From an uncultured Spirochaetota bacterium (GTDB taxonomy: Bacteria; Spirochaetota; Brevinematia; Brevinematales; JAOACQ01), in the NCBI GenBank assembly GCA_963783575.1, contig CAWAOD010000013.1:128001-192000 (forward strand): a DNA stretch of 64,000 nt, given 5' to 3'. The translations under genes were made by a program, and so were the position numbers. How positions within the stretch are numbered: the first letter of the stretch is position 1; each line of letters begins with the position of its first letter. Shown here piece by piece: positions 19,905 to 29,000 of the stretch. The notes beneath the pieces were generated by a model. That model was not told the DNA's origin. It ran no database searches and saw only the letters and a program-made list of their open reading frames with translations.

Positions 19905-19936
19905 TAATAACAAATTTAATTAACCGAATAAACGCC

Positions 19937-19966
19937 AGCGGCGGGGGTTTCCCCGCCGCTTTTTTT
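19937..19966 (+). terminator. Intrinsic terminator
   Basis: AGCGGCGGGG-gttt-CCCCGCCGCT followed by a T-run. Confidence 0.9.
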
Positions 19967-20063
19967 AGCCACGAATTGCACGAATTTACACTAATATGAG
20001 CCACGAATTACACGAATTTTCACGAATGAATAATATTAGTGTAAATTAGTGCAATTCGTGGCT
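19967..20063. repeat. 9-nt-periodic inverted repeat (CCACGAATT family)
   Basis: AGCCACGAATTGCACGAATTTACACTAAT...ATTAGTGTAAATTAGTGCAATTCGTGGCT directly upstream of the GxxExxY gene. Confidence 0.85.
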
Positions 20064-20082
20064 TATTCTTCATGGAGATAAA

Positions 20083-20365
20083 ATGGATGATTTGATTTAT
20101 AAGGAAGAATGTTTTCAGATTATTGGTATTTGCTTGAAAATTCATCGGGAATTGGGGCGTGGATTTTTAGAAATTGTTTATAAAGACGCAATTCAATATG
20201 AATTAAAATTAAATAAAATTTCATTTGAACGTAAAAAGGAATATTCGATACATTATAAGGATATTGTTTTACCATAATAATTATCTTGCTGTTTCAAAAT
20301 GCAAATTAGGAATTATTGTAAACTTTGGAAAAGATTCACTGGAATATAAACGTATTCTTTTGTGA
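20083..20365 (+). pseudogene. GxxExxY family protein with internal deletion
   Basis: N-terminus ...IHRELGRGFLEIVYKDA... stops at 20277; the family C-terminus NYLAVSKCKLGIIVNFGKDSLEYKRILL* follows out of frame and the central region is missing. Confidence 0.85.
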
Positions 20366-20437
20366 TGAAAACAGTTACTAATTAACACAAAGAAAGGCCA
20401 CGAATTACACAAATTTACACGAAGAAAAAATTAATTA

Positions 20438-20685
20438 GTGCTTGAACGGAAATTGAAATTTTCACGCAGAGACGCAGAGCACGCAAAGAAAGAATCAATA
20501 GAAGCATTTAAAATTTCAAAAAAATTCCGCGAAGATTTTCATAAATTTTATAAATTAATTTATAAAGTATTTGATATCTCTGCGTTCTTTACGTCTCTGC
20601 GTGAAATTATATCCTGTTCTTCGATAGAAATTTATTTAATCTTTTATAATAATAGCAATGTATATTGGAATTTCCGTTCAGCCAC
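20438..20685. mobile_element. 248-bp MITE-like element
   Basis: TIRs GTGCTTGAACGGAAATT / AATTTCCGTTCAGCCAC; TAATTA duplicated on both sides; the paralogous site at about 21635 lacks it; internal CACGCAGAGACG...CGTCTCTGCGTG hairpin. Confidence 0.75.
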
Positions 20686-20775
20686 TAATTAGTGATAATT
20701 CGTGCAATTAGAAGGTGAGCTTCGTGCCCTTTCAATGAGCTTATGATATCGTCCCTGTGAACTTTGAAAATTGGA

Positions 20776-21141
20776 TTAGAGGGATTCGATTCCACGAATT
20801 CTGATTTTTTTGTTTGAAATAATCACAATTTTTTCTTTAATTTTATGAGAATCTATTGCCTCAAAAGCCTGGAGTGTTTTATTGACTATCTCCAATATAG
20901 TGAGTTGGCGGAAGCGCAGGATGACCCTTCCCAGTGTTTGCTGAAGCGGATATGTGATAAGATTTGAAAAGTCTGTGTCCATAGTAACTAAAGTAAGTCC
21001 ATGCTGGTTTGCATATAAGAATATTTCCGAATCCGCTGTGCCGCTTAGGTTCAGGAGATTGATCGATTGACTGAGAGGATATTTATCGATTAATTTACTC
21101 TGTAGAATCAATGGAATATTTTCATCAAGAAGCAATTTCAA
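20776..21141 (-). CDS. DUF5615 PIN-like protein, putative toxin
   Basis: LKLLLDENIP, DSEIF, LVTMDTDF; probable TTG start overlapping the DUF433 gene. Confidence 0.88.
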   Translation of the reverse strand: MKLLLDENIPLILQSKLIDKYPLSQSINLLNLSGTADSEIFLYANQHGLTLVTMDTDFSNLITYPLQQTLGRVILRFRQLTILEIVNKTLQAFEAIDSHKIKEKIVIISNKKIRIRGIESL

Positions 21142-21358
21142 AAATATCCTCCTCATATTTAAGCAGATCGGAAGCGAATCCTATAGCCTCCAGAACGGCT
21201 TCTTTTGAAAGAGAAGGATAGTTTATGAGGATTGTTTCAATCGTTTCACCGGCTGAGAGCATATCCAGAATGAGATAAACCGGTATCCGCGTTCCTTGAA
21301 ATACAGGCTTCCCATGACAAATATCCTGACGAATAACAATATATTTAAAATCTCTCAT
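21125..21358 (-). CDS. DUF433 domain protein, putative antitoxin
   Basis: ICHGKPVFQGTRIPV...GETIETILINYPSL; GGAGG RBS before MRDFKY. Confidence 0.9.
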   Translation of the reverse strand: MRDFKYIVIRQDICHGKPVFQGTRIPVYLILDMLSAGETIETILINYPSLSKEAVLEAIGFASDLLKYEEDIFEIAS

Positions 21359-21482
21359 TGGGAAAACCTCCATTAACTTAGTATAAGATATATATATAAA
21401 AAAAACAAAATATTGAAAAAAGATTGATAGTGCTAAAAACGAGGATTTACCGCACATAATTTAAAATATCCGGCAAATTTTA

Positions 21483-21642
21483 AATTATCTTGCTGTTTCA
21501 AAATGCAAATTAGGAATTATTGTTAATTTTGGAAAAAATTCTCTTGAATATAAGCGTATTCTTTTGTGTTGAAAACAGTTACTAATTAACACAAAGAGAG
21601 GCCACGAATTACTAATTAACACGAAGAAAAAATTGATTAGTG
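21483..21642 (+). repeat. Second copy of the GxxExxY 3' end plus flank (about 160-bp direct repeat of 20279-20440)
   Basis: aattatcttgctgtttcaaaatgcaaattagg...gccacgaattac...attagtg is near-identical to 20279-20440. Confidence 0.9.
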
Positions 21643-21732
21643 ATAATTCGTGTGATTAGTGGCTAATTTCCCAAATCTTTATTTTTCTTATCGTTTATGG
21701 TATCATTAAATAATCATAAAAAAGGAAATCTA

Positions 21733-22018
21733 ATGAGCGGATTTGATAATTTCTATTTGAAAATTCTCACTCTGATAATAATATTGGTTTTTCAGAGCTT
21801 TGTTTGTTTCTTCAAAAACTTGGTTTTGAAATGAGGATATCTTCTAGTCATCATATATTGTTGAAGTTCCGGAACTTCCCGGATGTATGGCTGATGGGTC
21901 GACTTATGAAGAAGCTGCAAAAAATGCTGAAGCAATAATTTCAGAATGGATCGAAACTGCAAAATCCCTTTCACGGGAAATACCTGAACCGAAGGGTCGA
22001 AAACTGATGTACGCCTGA
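21733..22018 (+). pseudogene. Deleted HicA-HicB toxin-antitoxin remnant
   Basis: Frameshifted HicA-like N-terminus (MSGFDNFYLKIL..SDNNIGFSELCLFLQKLGFEMRISSSHHI) joined at about 21857 to a HicB C-terminus (IVEVPELPGCMADGSTYEEA...IPEPKGRKLMYA*). Confidence 0.8.
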
Positions 22019-22142
22019 ATATTGTTAAAACAATCCAATTTCTCAATTCTTTATTTTTCTTATCGTTTATGATATCATAAATCTTATTAAAAAATAAAAT
22101 TTGTTTGAAAATAAATCACAATATAACTGGCAGGATTGAAGT

Positions 22143-23873
22143 ATGAATAAAATAATAATTTTCATATTAATATTCTTATGTATTCAGAGAATTAATTCAC
22201 TTGAATTTATAAGTCCGTCCGAAATTCAGCCCGGGATGAAAGGCTGCGGGTTGACTGTATTTAGGGGCTGGGAACCGGAAAGGTTTGATGTTGAAATCAT
22301 TGATATAATTAAGAATGCCCAGCCGAAAGGGGACATAATCCTGGCTAAGGTGAGCGGCAATATTCTGGAAGAAAGCGGAATTATAGCAGGGATGAGCGGG
22401 AGCCCTGTTTATATCAACGGTAAATTAGCGGGAGCGATTGCATTTACCTGGTCAAATTCAAAAGAACCTATTTGCGGAATAACTCCTATCGGAGAAATGT
22501 TAAAGGAAAAAGATAATGCAGATGCCCCATCCGGCAATATTTCAATGAGGGATGACGGCAGGTTTAAAGAAATAGCTACACCGCTTTACATTAATGGATT
22601 TTCCGGCGAAGCTAAGAAATACCTGGAGGATATTTTTAATAATGTAAAAGAAGTTAATGGCTATATGGTATTGTCCGGCGGAGAAACCGGCAGTGAAATA
22701 ATTACTGATAAGGCAGATTTAAAGGCCGGAGACGCTGTTTCAGTCAATTTAATAGACGGAGATTATCTTGCCCAGGGGATCGGTACAGTTACTTATGTCT
22801 CAAACGAAGATGTTTATATTTTCGGCCATCCCATGGATCTTGCCGGTAATGCTGCCCTGCCGATTTCAAAATCATATATTTATACCGTTGTACCTTCAAC
22901 ATATTTATCGTTTAAATTAGGCTCATCCTCTAAGGAAATCGGGAGCGTTCTGTATGACGGACAGAATGCGGTCTACTGTAAATTAGGGAAGGATTCGGGA
23001 ATGATTCCCATTAGATTAAAAGTCAAAAATCAGGGAAAAGATTTTGATTATAATTTCAGGGTAGCAGATAACCGTTATTATTTCCCCGGCCTTGCATCTT
23101 CGGCAATTTCTTCATCGCTGCAGAATCATACCGGATTTCTTGACGATAAAAGAATTTCTATGAGTATTAATTTAAATCTGGTAATTCAAAATAAAGATTT
23201 TATGGTAAATAACAATTTCCAGTATGCGTTTAATCCTAGTTATTTCAATATATACGGGATGCTCTCGGATTTAAACCAGTATTTTGCGGCTTTTTTTGAC
23301 AGGAACTATGGTAAGATAGAAATAAAAAATATAAAAATAGACATTAATGTTGAGAATGGTATAAAATATTACTCTCAGGAAGGGTTCAGCATTGATAAAC
23401 AATCCTATTCACCGGGAGAAATCATCCATTGCAAGGTTCTACTTAGAGAATTCGGAGGTAATTACAAATATCAGAATTTAAACATAAAAATTCCCGATGA
23501 AAGTAAGAATGGACAATATTTGATAATTTCCGGTAATGAAATGGCGTTTAACAGCGAGATAGTAAAATTATTCCCTAAGTACTTATCGATCAACAGTATC
23601 GAAGACCTCTTGACTATGGCTAATTTTCATGAGGACACATCATTATTTACTGTAGGTATGGTATCGGCAAGGCCGGGAATAATTGATAAAGATAAAAGAT
23701 TGGAGAGTTTTCCGGAAAATTATATTTCCTTTATTAATCGTACTTCAGATAAAGCATACGCATATTTTTCACCAGATATCATAAAAGAAACTGTCAAAAT
23801 TGACGGTGTTGTTTTCGGCAGCATGAAAATAAGCGTGAATATAGTTAACAGAATATCGCAAGCAGTGGAGTAA
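22143..23873 (+). CDS. SpoIVB peptidase S55 domain protein, exported
   Basis: PGMKGCGLTVFRG, GIIAGMSGSPVY, GITPI, FGHP; signal peptide. Confidence 0.88.
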   Translation: MNKIIIFILIFLCIQRINSLEFISPSEIQPGMKGCGLTVFRGWEPERFDVEIIDIIKNAQPKGDIILAKVSGNILEESGIIAGMSGSPVYINGKLAGAIAFTWSNSKEPICGITPIGEMLKEKDNADAPSGNISMRDDGRFKEIATPLYINGFSGEAKKYLEDIFNNVKEVNGYMVLSGGETGSEIITDKADLKAGDAVSVNLIDGDYLAQGIGTVTYVSNEDVYIFGHPMDLAGNAALPISKSYIYTVVPSTYLSFKLGSSSKEIGSVLYDGQNAVYCKLGKDSGMIPIRLKVKNQGKDFDYNFRVADNRYYFPGLASSAISSSLQNHTGFLDDKRISMSINLNLVIQNKDFMVNNNFQYAFNPSYFNIYGMLSDLNQYFAAFFDRNYGKIEIKNIKIDINVENGIKYYSQEGFSIDKQSYSPGEIIHCKVLLREFGGNYKYQNLNIKIPDESKNGQYLIISGNEMAFNSEIVKLFPKYLSINSIEDLLTMANFHEDTSLFTVGMVSARPGIIDKDKRLESFPENYISFINRTSDKAYAYFSPDIIKETVKIDGVVFGSMKISVNIVNRISQAVE

Positions 23874-23876
23874 AAT

Positions 23877-24501
23877 ATGAAATCTCTTGTTCCGGCATCA
23901 GACCGTTTTTGGACTATTCCTAATGTTTTGTCAATATTCAGGGTGATACTTATCATTCCGATAATCAATCAATTGAAGCTTAACACTCCGGAATCAAATT
24001 TTATGGCTTTTATTTTAATCGGAATAGCCTATCTTACAGATTTTCTGGACGGGTTTCTTGCACGCACTTTAAAAAGTACGAGCAAGGTAGGGCAGATACT
24101 GGATCCCGTCGGCGATAAACTGCTTGCTATTACAGTTTCAGCGGTATTATACATAAGTAAAAGATACTCCATTTTATTTTTTTATATTGATTTTACTGAG
24201 GGATTTTATATTTTCACTTGGTGTATTCTATGCGTTGAATACAAGAAAAATAATTATGACTCCAATGCTGATAGGTAAGATTACAACTTTTGTTCTTGGG
24301 ATTGTACTTGGATTTTATCCGTTGAAACATTCTTTTTTGATGCAGTATGAAATATTGAACATTATTATAAGGGATATTGTAGTATTTGGAACCTATTTGG
24401 CGTCAGGACTCCTTGTTATTTCAGGAATATTTTATACTGTAAATTATTTTACTAATTTTTTAAAACAAAAAAAATCACAAATGAGTAATATTTCTAAATA
24501 G
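23877..24501 (+). CDS. CDP-alcohol phosphatidyltransferase (PgsA-like), frameshifted near 24160
   Basis: TIPNVLSIFR, DFLDGFLAR...GQILDPVGDK; the C-terminal half (LLRD...GKITT) is in the +1 frame. Confidence 0.85.
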
Positions 24502-24526
24502 AATATTTATTTAGCCTGGAGATATT

Positions 24527-25753
24527 ATGAAATACGCAGCTTTTTTAATTGACGGAATGGCTGATTACCCTGTTGAAGAAATATCAAATAAAACACCGCT
24601 TGAGGTTGCTAAAACACCGGTTATAGACAGTCTTGCGAAGAGTTCTCAATTCGGTACTTTTATATCTTTACCCGAAGGTTTCCCTACATCGTCGGATGTA
24701 GCAAATATGTCGGTGCTCGGCTGGGACCTTTCGAAATATTATACCGGGAGGGGAGCTATTGAGAGTTACGGAATGGGTATTCCTCTTGATGATATAACAA
24801 TCGCTTTCAGGATGAATCTGATTACCGTAAAAGACGGTATTTTAGTTGATTACTCCGCCGGCCATTTATCCGAAAAAGAAGCTGAAAGTATAATATTGTT
24901 TTTGCAGAACAAGCTTGACAGTAAACAGGTAATTATCAGGAAGGGTGTAAGTTACAGACATCTTTTATATCTAAAAGGAACGGAATTCAGCCCCGAGATA
25001 TATTATGAAAAGCCCGATTCATCGCAGGGCCTGGAATGGGAAAAGCTTCTTCCAAGGGCAAAATCTAAGGAAGCTGATCTTACGGTAAAAGTATTGACTG
25101 AATTGATATTTAAATCAAAAGAAATTCTGAAAAATCATCCCGTTAATATCAAAAGGATTGAAAACGGCCAGAATCCTGCAAACATGATCTGGCCCTGGTC
25201 CGGCGGAAGAAGGCCCGATATGCCGACATTTTTTGAAATGTATAAAAAAAGAGGTGCTATTATTTCGGCAGTAGACGTGATTCTTGGATTGGGAAGGCTG
25301 GGATCCATGGAGATATTAAGGCCGGAAGGCGCCACAGGTTACATAGACACAAATTATGAGAATAAGGCAAAAGCCGGGGTTGAATTCTTAAAAAAGAACG
25401 ATTTTGTTTATATTCATATTGAAGCCGCGGATGAATGCTCGCATGAGGGTGATTTGACGAATAAGATTAAAGTTATTGAGGACTGTGATAAAAGGCTGAT
25501 TAAAGTATTCTTGGATGAATACAGGGAAAACATTAAAGAGCCTTTAAGAATAATGATTCTGCCGGATCATCCTGTACCGATAAAACTCCGGAAGCATACA
25601 CGCGATCCGGTTCCTTTTATGATAACAGGCGATGGTGTGGAACCCGATAAAAAAATACATACTTATAGTGAAAATAATTGTAAGAAGGGAAGGCATCTCA
25701 ATCTAAAGGGCAAAGAACTTATGGATCTTCTATTCTCGGGAAAAATAGGATGA
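24527..25753 (+). CDS. Cofactor-independent phosphoglycerate mutase (ApgM-type)
   Basis: DGMADYP, KTPLE, SDVANMSVLG, HIEAADECSHEGD, PDHP. Confidence 0.9.
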   Translation: MKYAAFLIDGMADYPVEEISNKTPLEVAKTPVIDSLAKSSQFGTFISLPEGFPTSSDVANMSVLGWDLSKYYTGRGAIESYGMGIPLDDITIAFRMNLITVKDGILVDYSAGHLSEKEAESIILFLQNKLDSKQVIIRKGVSYRHLLYLKGTEFSPEIYYEKPDSSQGLEWEKLLPRAKSKEADLTVKVLTELIFKSKEILKNHPVNIKRIENGQNPANMIWPWSGGRRPDMPTFFEMYKKRGAIISAVDVILGLGRLGSMEILRPEGATGYIDTNYENKAKAGVEFLKKNDFVYIHIEAADECSHEGDLTNKIKVIEDCDKRLIKVFLDEYRENIKEPLRIMILPDHPVPIKLRKHTRDPVPFMITGDGVEPDKKIHTYSENNCKKGRHLNLKGKELMDLLFSGKIG

Positions 25754-25771
25754 AAATTATTTGAAGGAAAA

Positions 25772-26563
25772 ATGATGCATAAAGAATTTATAAAACTCGC
25801 AATTCGTGCCGCGGTTAAAGGTGGAGAGATTATTAAAAAGGGTTTTTACATTGATAAAAATATTGAGTACAAGGGATTTTCAAATCCGGTAACTGAATTT
25901 GACATGGAATCTGAAAGAATTATTGTCGATTGCATACTGAAGAAATATCCGAATCATTCAATTCTTGCCGAAGAAAAATTAACCAGTAAGGGCCTTGATG
26001 ATGTTAAGTGGATTATTGATCCCCTTGACGGAACCGTAAATTTTACTCATCAAATTCCTTTTGTGTGCGTTTCCATCGGTATTGAAATTGAAGGTTCGAT
26101 TAAAGCAGGCGTTATTTATAACCCGGTAATGGATGAACTCTATCAGGCTGTGAAGGATTGCGGCGCCTATCTGAACAAAAAAAGGATCGGTGTTTCTAAA
26201 ATTTCCGATAAGGGAAAGTCACTGATTGTTACAGGATTTCCATATGACAGGGGAGATAGAACCGATTCTTTAATTCAGCCATTGAAAGAAATATTACCTG
26301 AATATTGCGGTTTCAGACGGCTTGGTTCTGCGGCTATGGATATGGCTTATGTCGCCAGGGGAAGCATAGAGGGATTTTATGAGGAAAAGCTCAATCCCTG
26401 GGATACAGCTGCTGGGAAAATAATTGTGGAAGAAGCCGGAGGAAGGGTAACGGATTATTACGGGAAAGATTACAGTATATACGGCAGGACTATTATCGCT
26501 ACAAACAGCCTTATTCATGACGGTCTTGTGAATATAATGAAACATGTTAGTGAACCTGTTTAA
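25772..26563 (+). CDS. suhB: Inositol monophosphatase family protein
   Basis: WIIDPLDGTVNF, RRLGSAA, PWDTAAG. Confidence 0.9.
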   Translation: MMHKEFIKLAIRAAVKGGEIIKKGFYIDKNIEYKGFSNPVTEFDMESERIIVDCILKKYPNHSILAEEKLTSKGLDDVKWIIDPLDGTVNFTHQIPFVCVSIGIEIEGSIKAGVIYNPVMDELYQAVKDCGAYLNKKRIGVSKISDKGKSLIVTGFPYDRGDRTDSLIQPLKEILPEYCGFRRLGSAAMDMAYVARGSIEGFYEEKLNPWDTAAGKIIVEEAGGRVTDYYGKDYSIYGRTIIATNSLIHDGLVNIMKHVSEPV

Positions 26564-26800
26564 ATTAATGCTTCAATCGGTTTATACACTTTCAAAAACA
26601 TTAGGGCAGTGAAAACTTGCCCACAGTTCCGGTTAATTAAAAAACTGGTTTTTAATGAGATGTTTGAACTGCCCACATATCTTTATCGATATATCATTAT
26701 TGATATTATTTTAATAAATTTCTTGTGCAATTGTCTGTGTTATGCTATATTGGTTAAGATTAATTTATTACTAAGTCAATAAAGTATTTTTTATTGCTGT

Positions 26801-27161
26801 TTTACAGGAAGACGGAAAGATACAAAGTTAGTAAAAAATGATGGTTAATATATTAAACCTGAACTGAACGATTCTTTATTCTATTTTTCCTGAAGAGGTC
26901 ATCTCGATAATGCTGTAAATAAAGTAGCGGTGAACTCGATGACTGTTCCCTGAGCAACGCACTGAGCCCTTCAATTCTTCAGGGCAGGCTCTGTCGAATG
27001 TGTTTACAGCTTAATTGTTCAGCAGCACTATCGAAGGGAACACTAAAAGAATCACTCAGTTTAAGATAAATTCAATAACTTTCAAAAATAATATTTATTG
27101 AAATAATAATTATTGATTATTAAAAATACTGGTTCTTTGCGTCTTCCGGTCTTCCTGTAAA
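26801..27161. repeat. Nested inverted-repeat element
   Basis: Outer TTTACAGGAAGACGGAAAGA...TCTTCCGGTCTTCCTGTAAA; inner GTTCCCTGAGC...TCGAAGGGAAC, itself containing CACTGAGC...TCGAATGTG. Confidence 0.7.
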
Positions 27162-27175
27162 TTTAATAATTATTA

Positions 27176-27190
27176 TGGCATAAACATTGC
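27176..27190 (+). promoter_or_regulatory. Sigma-54 (-24/-12) promoter
   Basis: TGGCAT-AAACA-TTGC, 60 nt upstream of the operon containing a histidine kinase and a bEBP. Confidence 0.7.
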
Positions 27191-27249
27191 GAGATAAATT
27201 AGTATTCCCTTCAAAATGTATGACAATTAAATTAATTTTGGAAGTATAA

Positions 27250-27780
27250 ATGATTGGTATTGGTTTGAAAATTGGAGAAACCATCAAGGTTATACTCGCT
27301 GTTCTTGGTATTATAAGCGCTTACCCGGAAGTCAACAGTGAGATAGAGAATATATTTATCTATAGAAATTTGAAAAATGCTGAAATCGTGGATATGCAGT
27401 TCAGATCTTACAATTTGATCAATCCGGCGATCAGGGACATTATAGAAGGCGGGATTGACGTCAACATAATTTATCAAATTAAAACAACCTTTAAGAATAA
27501 TATAATTTACAGAGGTTTATCCAACCAGAAGATATCATATAAAGGCGGAATCTACTCCGTGAATAATAAAGGTAATTTTGATTTTAACATATTAACGAAT
27601 GTAATCTCTGTCAATGAGGTCCCGATTCTTACAAATGCTTCAAGTTTTACGAATTGCCTGATGCGTACGGAAATCAAATTATTGATTAACTGTGATGCAA
27701 CACCGGAAATCATAAATCTATGGGGGAATAAACCAAAGTATTATATCAATTTTGTTTTGGGTGTAAATAATGAAAATTAA
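27250..27780 (+). CDS. Exported hypothetical protein upstream of the sensor kinase
   Basis: 176-aa ORF with a hydrophobic N-terminus overlapping the kinase start; position resembles DUF4390-type genes before NtrY-like kinases (inference). Confidence 0.7.
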   Translation: MIGIGLKIGETIKVILAVLGIISAYPEVNSEIENIFIYRNLKNAEIVDMQFRSYNLINPAIRDIIEGGIDVNIIYQIKTTFKNNIIYRGLSNQKISYKGGIYSVNNKGNFDFNILTNVISVNEVPILTNASSFTNCLMRTEIKLLINCDATPEIINLWGNKPKYYINFVLGVNNEN

Positions 27781-28846
27781 TTTTATCATAATATTTCTTT
27801 TAGCCATGGTTCTGATATTATTGTCAACAACGGTAACAACATATACGGCAATAAGGGACTCCCAGAAATCCTTTGAAAAAGAGCTTACATTTTTAAAAGA
27901 ATCTATTTCAAATAATAGTGAATTTCAAAAAAGAATCAGTCTTTACAAAGCCTTTGCAGAAAAACAAGCCATTGATACAACCCGCCGGGTTCTCGGTGTA
28001 TTTTTCCTTGAACTTTTAATTATGGTTGCTTTATTCCTTATTTTTATTTATGGCGTAACTCTTCCAATCAATAAGCTTTCTTCCGCCGTAAAATCCATAT
28101 ATTTCGAGAAGACCGAGAATGACCTGCTCCTTGAAGAGGCCGGCACCGAAGAAGTAAGGGTGCTGGTTAGGGCGTTTAATGAAATGGTGATAAAATTGAA
28201 GAATTATGAAAAAATACTGGGTAATGTGCAGAAATATAGGGGCTGGAAAGAAATTTCAAGAATAATAGTTCATGAGATTAATAATATCATTTCACCCGTA
28301 CAGACTTACATGGAATTCCTTATTGATAAAGTTGAGGAAAAAGAAAAAGTTTTTTTTATATTGACAAAATTGAACGATATGAAATCAGTACTCCAGAAAT
28401 TCCGTGAAATTTCACATCTTCCCGATGCTCTTCTGGAAATGCAAAATATTGTACCGATTGTCAGGGAGATAGGCAAGGAATTCAAGAATGTTTTTTTTTC
28501 GACAAATGATACGGAGGAGGTATTGATAAAAATCGATAGGGTTCTTTTTAAGGAAATTATTCGAAATTTAATAAAAAACGCGGTTGAATCGTGTGAAAAT
28601 GTGTCGGTTGAAGTTGGAATAAAGGAAGAGAATAAACAAACCTTTGTTTTTATAAAAGATAATGGGAAGGGTATGAGCAAGGAAACTTTGGCAAAAATTT
28701 TTGAGCCGGGCTTTTCAACAAAAAAGGGAAATATCGGTATTGGGCTATCGATTGTAAAAAGCCTTGCCCAGGAACAGAATGCGAGGGTTGAAGTTGATAG
28801 TACGGTGAATAACGGCACCTGTTTTAAAATCATATTTGAAAGTTAA
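27770..28846 (+). CDS. HAMP-domain sensor histidine kinase (NtrY-like)
   Basis: Two TM segments, HAMP (AFNEM), H-box HEINN, NLIKNAVES, DNGKG, GIGL. Confidence 0.92.
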   Translation: MKINFIIIFLLAMVLILLSTTVTTYTAIRDSQKSFEKELTFLKESISNNSEFQKRISLYKAFAEKQAIDTTRRVLGVFFLELLIMVALFLIFIYGVTLPINKLSSAVKSIYFEKTENDLLLEEAGTEEVRVLVRAFNEMVIKLKNYEKILGNVQKYRGWKEISRIIVHEINNIISPVQTYMEFLIDKVEEKEKVFFILTKLNDMKSVLQKFREISHLPDALLEMQNIVPIVREIGKEFKNVFFSTNDTEEVLIKIDRVLFKEIIRNLIKNAVESCENVSVEVGIKEENKQTFVFIKDNGKGMSKETLAKIFEPGFSTKKGNIGIGLSIVKSLAQEQNARVEVDSTVNNGTCFKIIFES

Positions 28847-28855
28847 ATTAATATA

Positions 28856-28953
28856 ACCGCTAATTCCGCAAATTAACACGAACAAACAGCCATTAATTAT
28901 GTGAATTCAACAAACAAAAGATAAATTGGTGTGAATTAGCGCAATTCCTGGCA
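28856..28953. repeat. Degenerate CCACGAATT-family inverted repeat between the kinase and regulator genes
   Basis: accgctaattccgcaaattaacacgaa...attggtgtgaattagcgcaattcctggc. Confidence 0.6.
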
Positions 28954-29000
28954 GAATTTATGAAAATGTTATGAAATAATAAATATTTTAAGGATGGATT

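Noticed and set aside
20438..20692. 84-aa ORF MLERKLKFSRRDAEHAK...
   Set aside because: Coincides with the MITE and translates repeat sequence
21792..22046. 84-aa minus-strand ORF
   Set aside because: Antisense to the HicA/HicB remnant
19967..22078. Integron cassette array
   Set aside because: No integrase gene and no convincing attC (RYYYAAC...GTTRRRY) sites seen; the cargo is bounded by direct repeats instead
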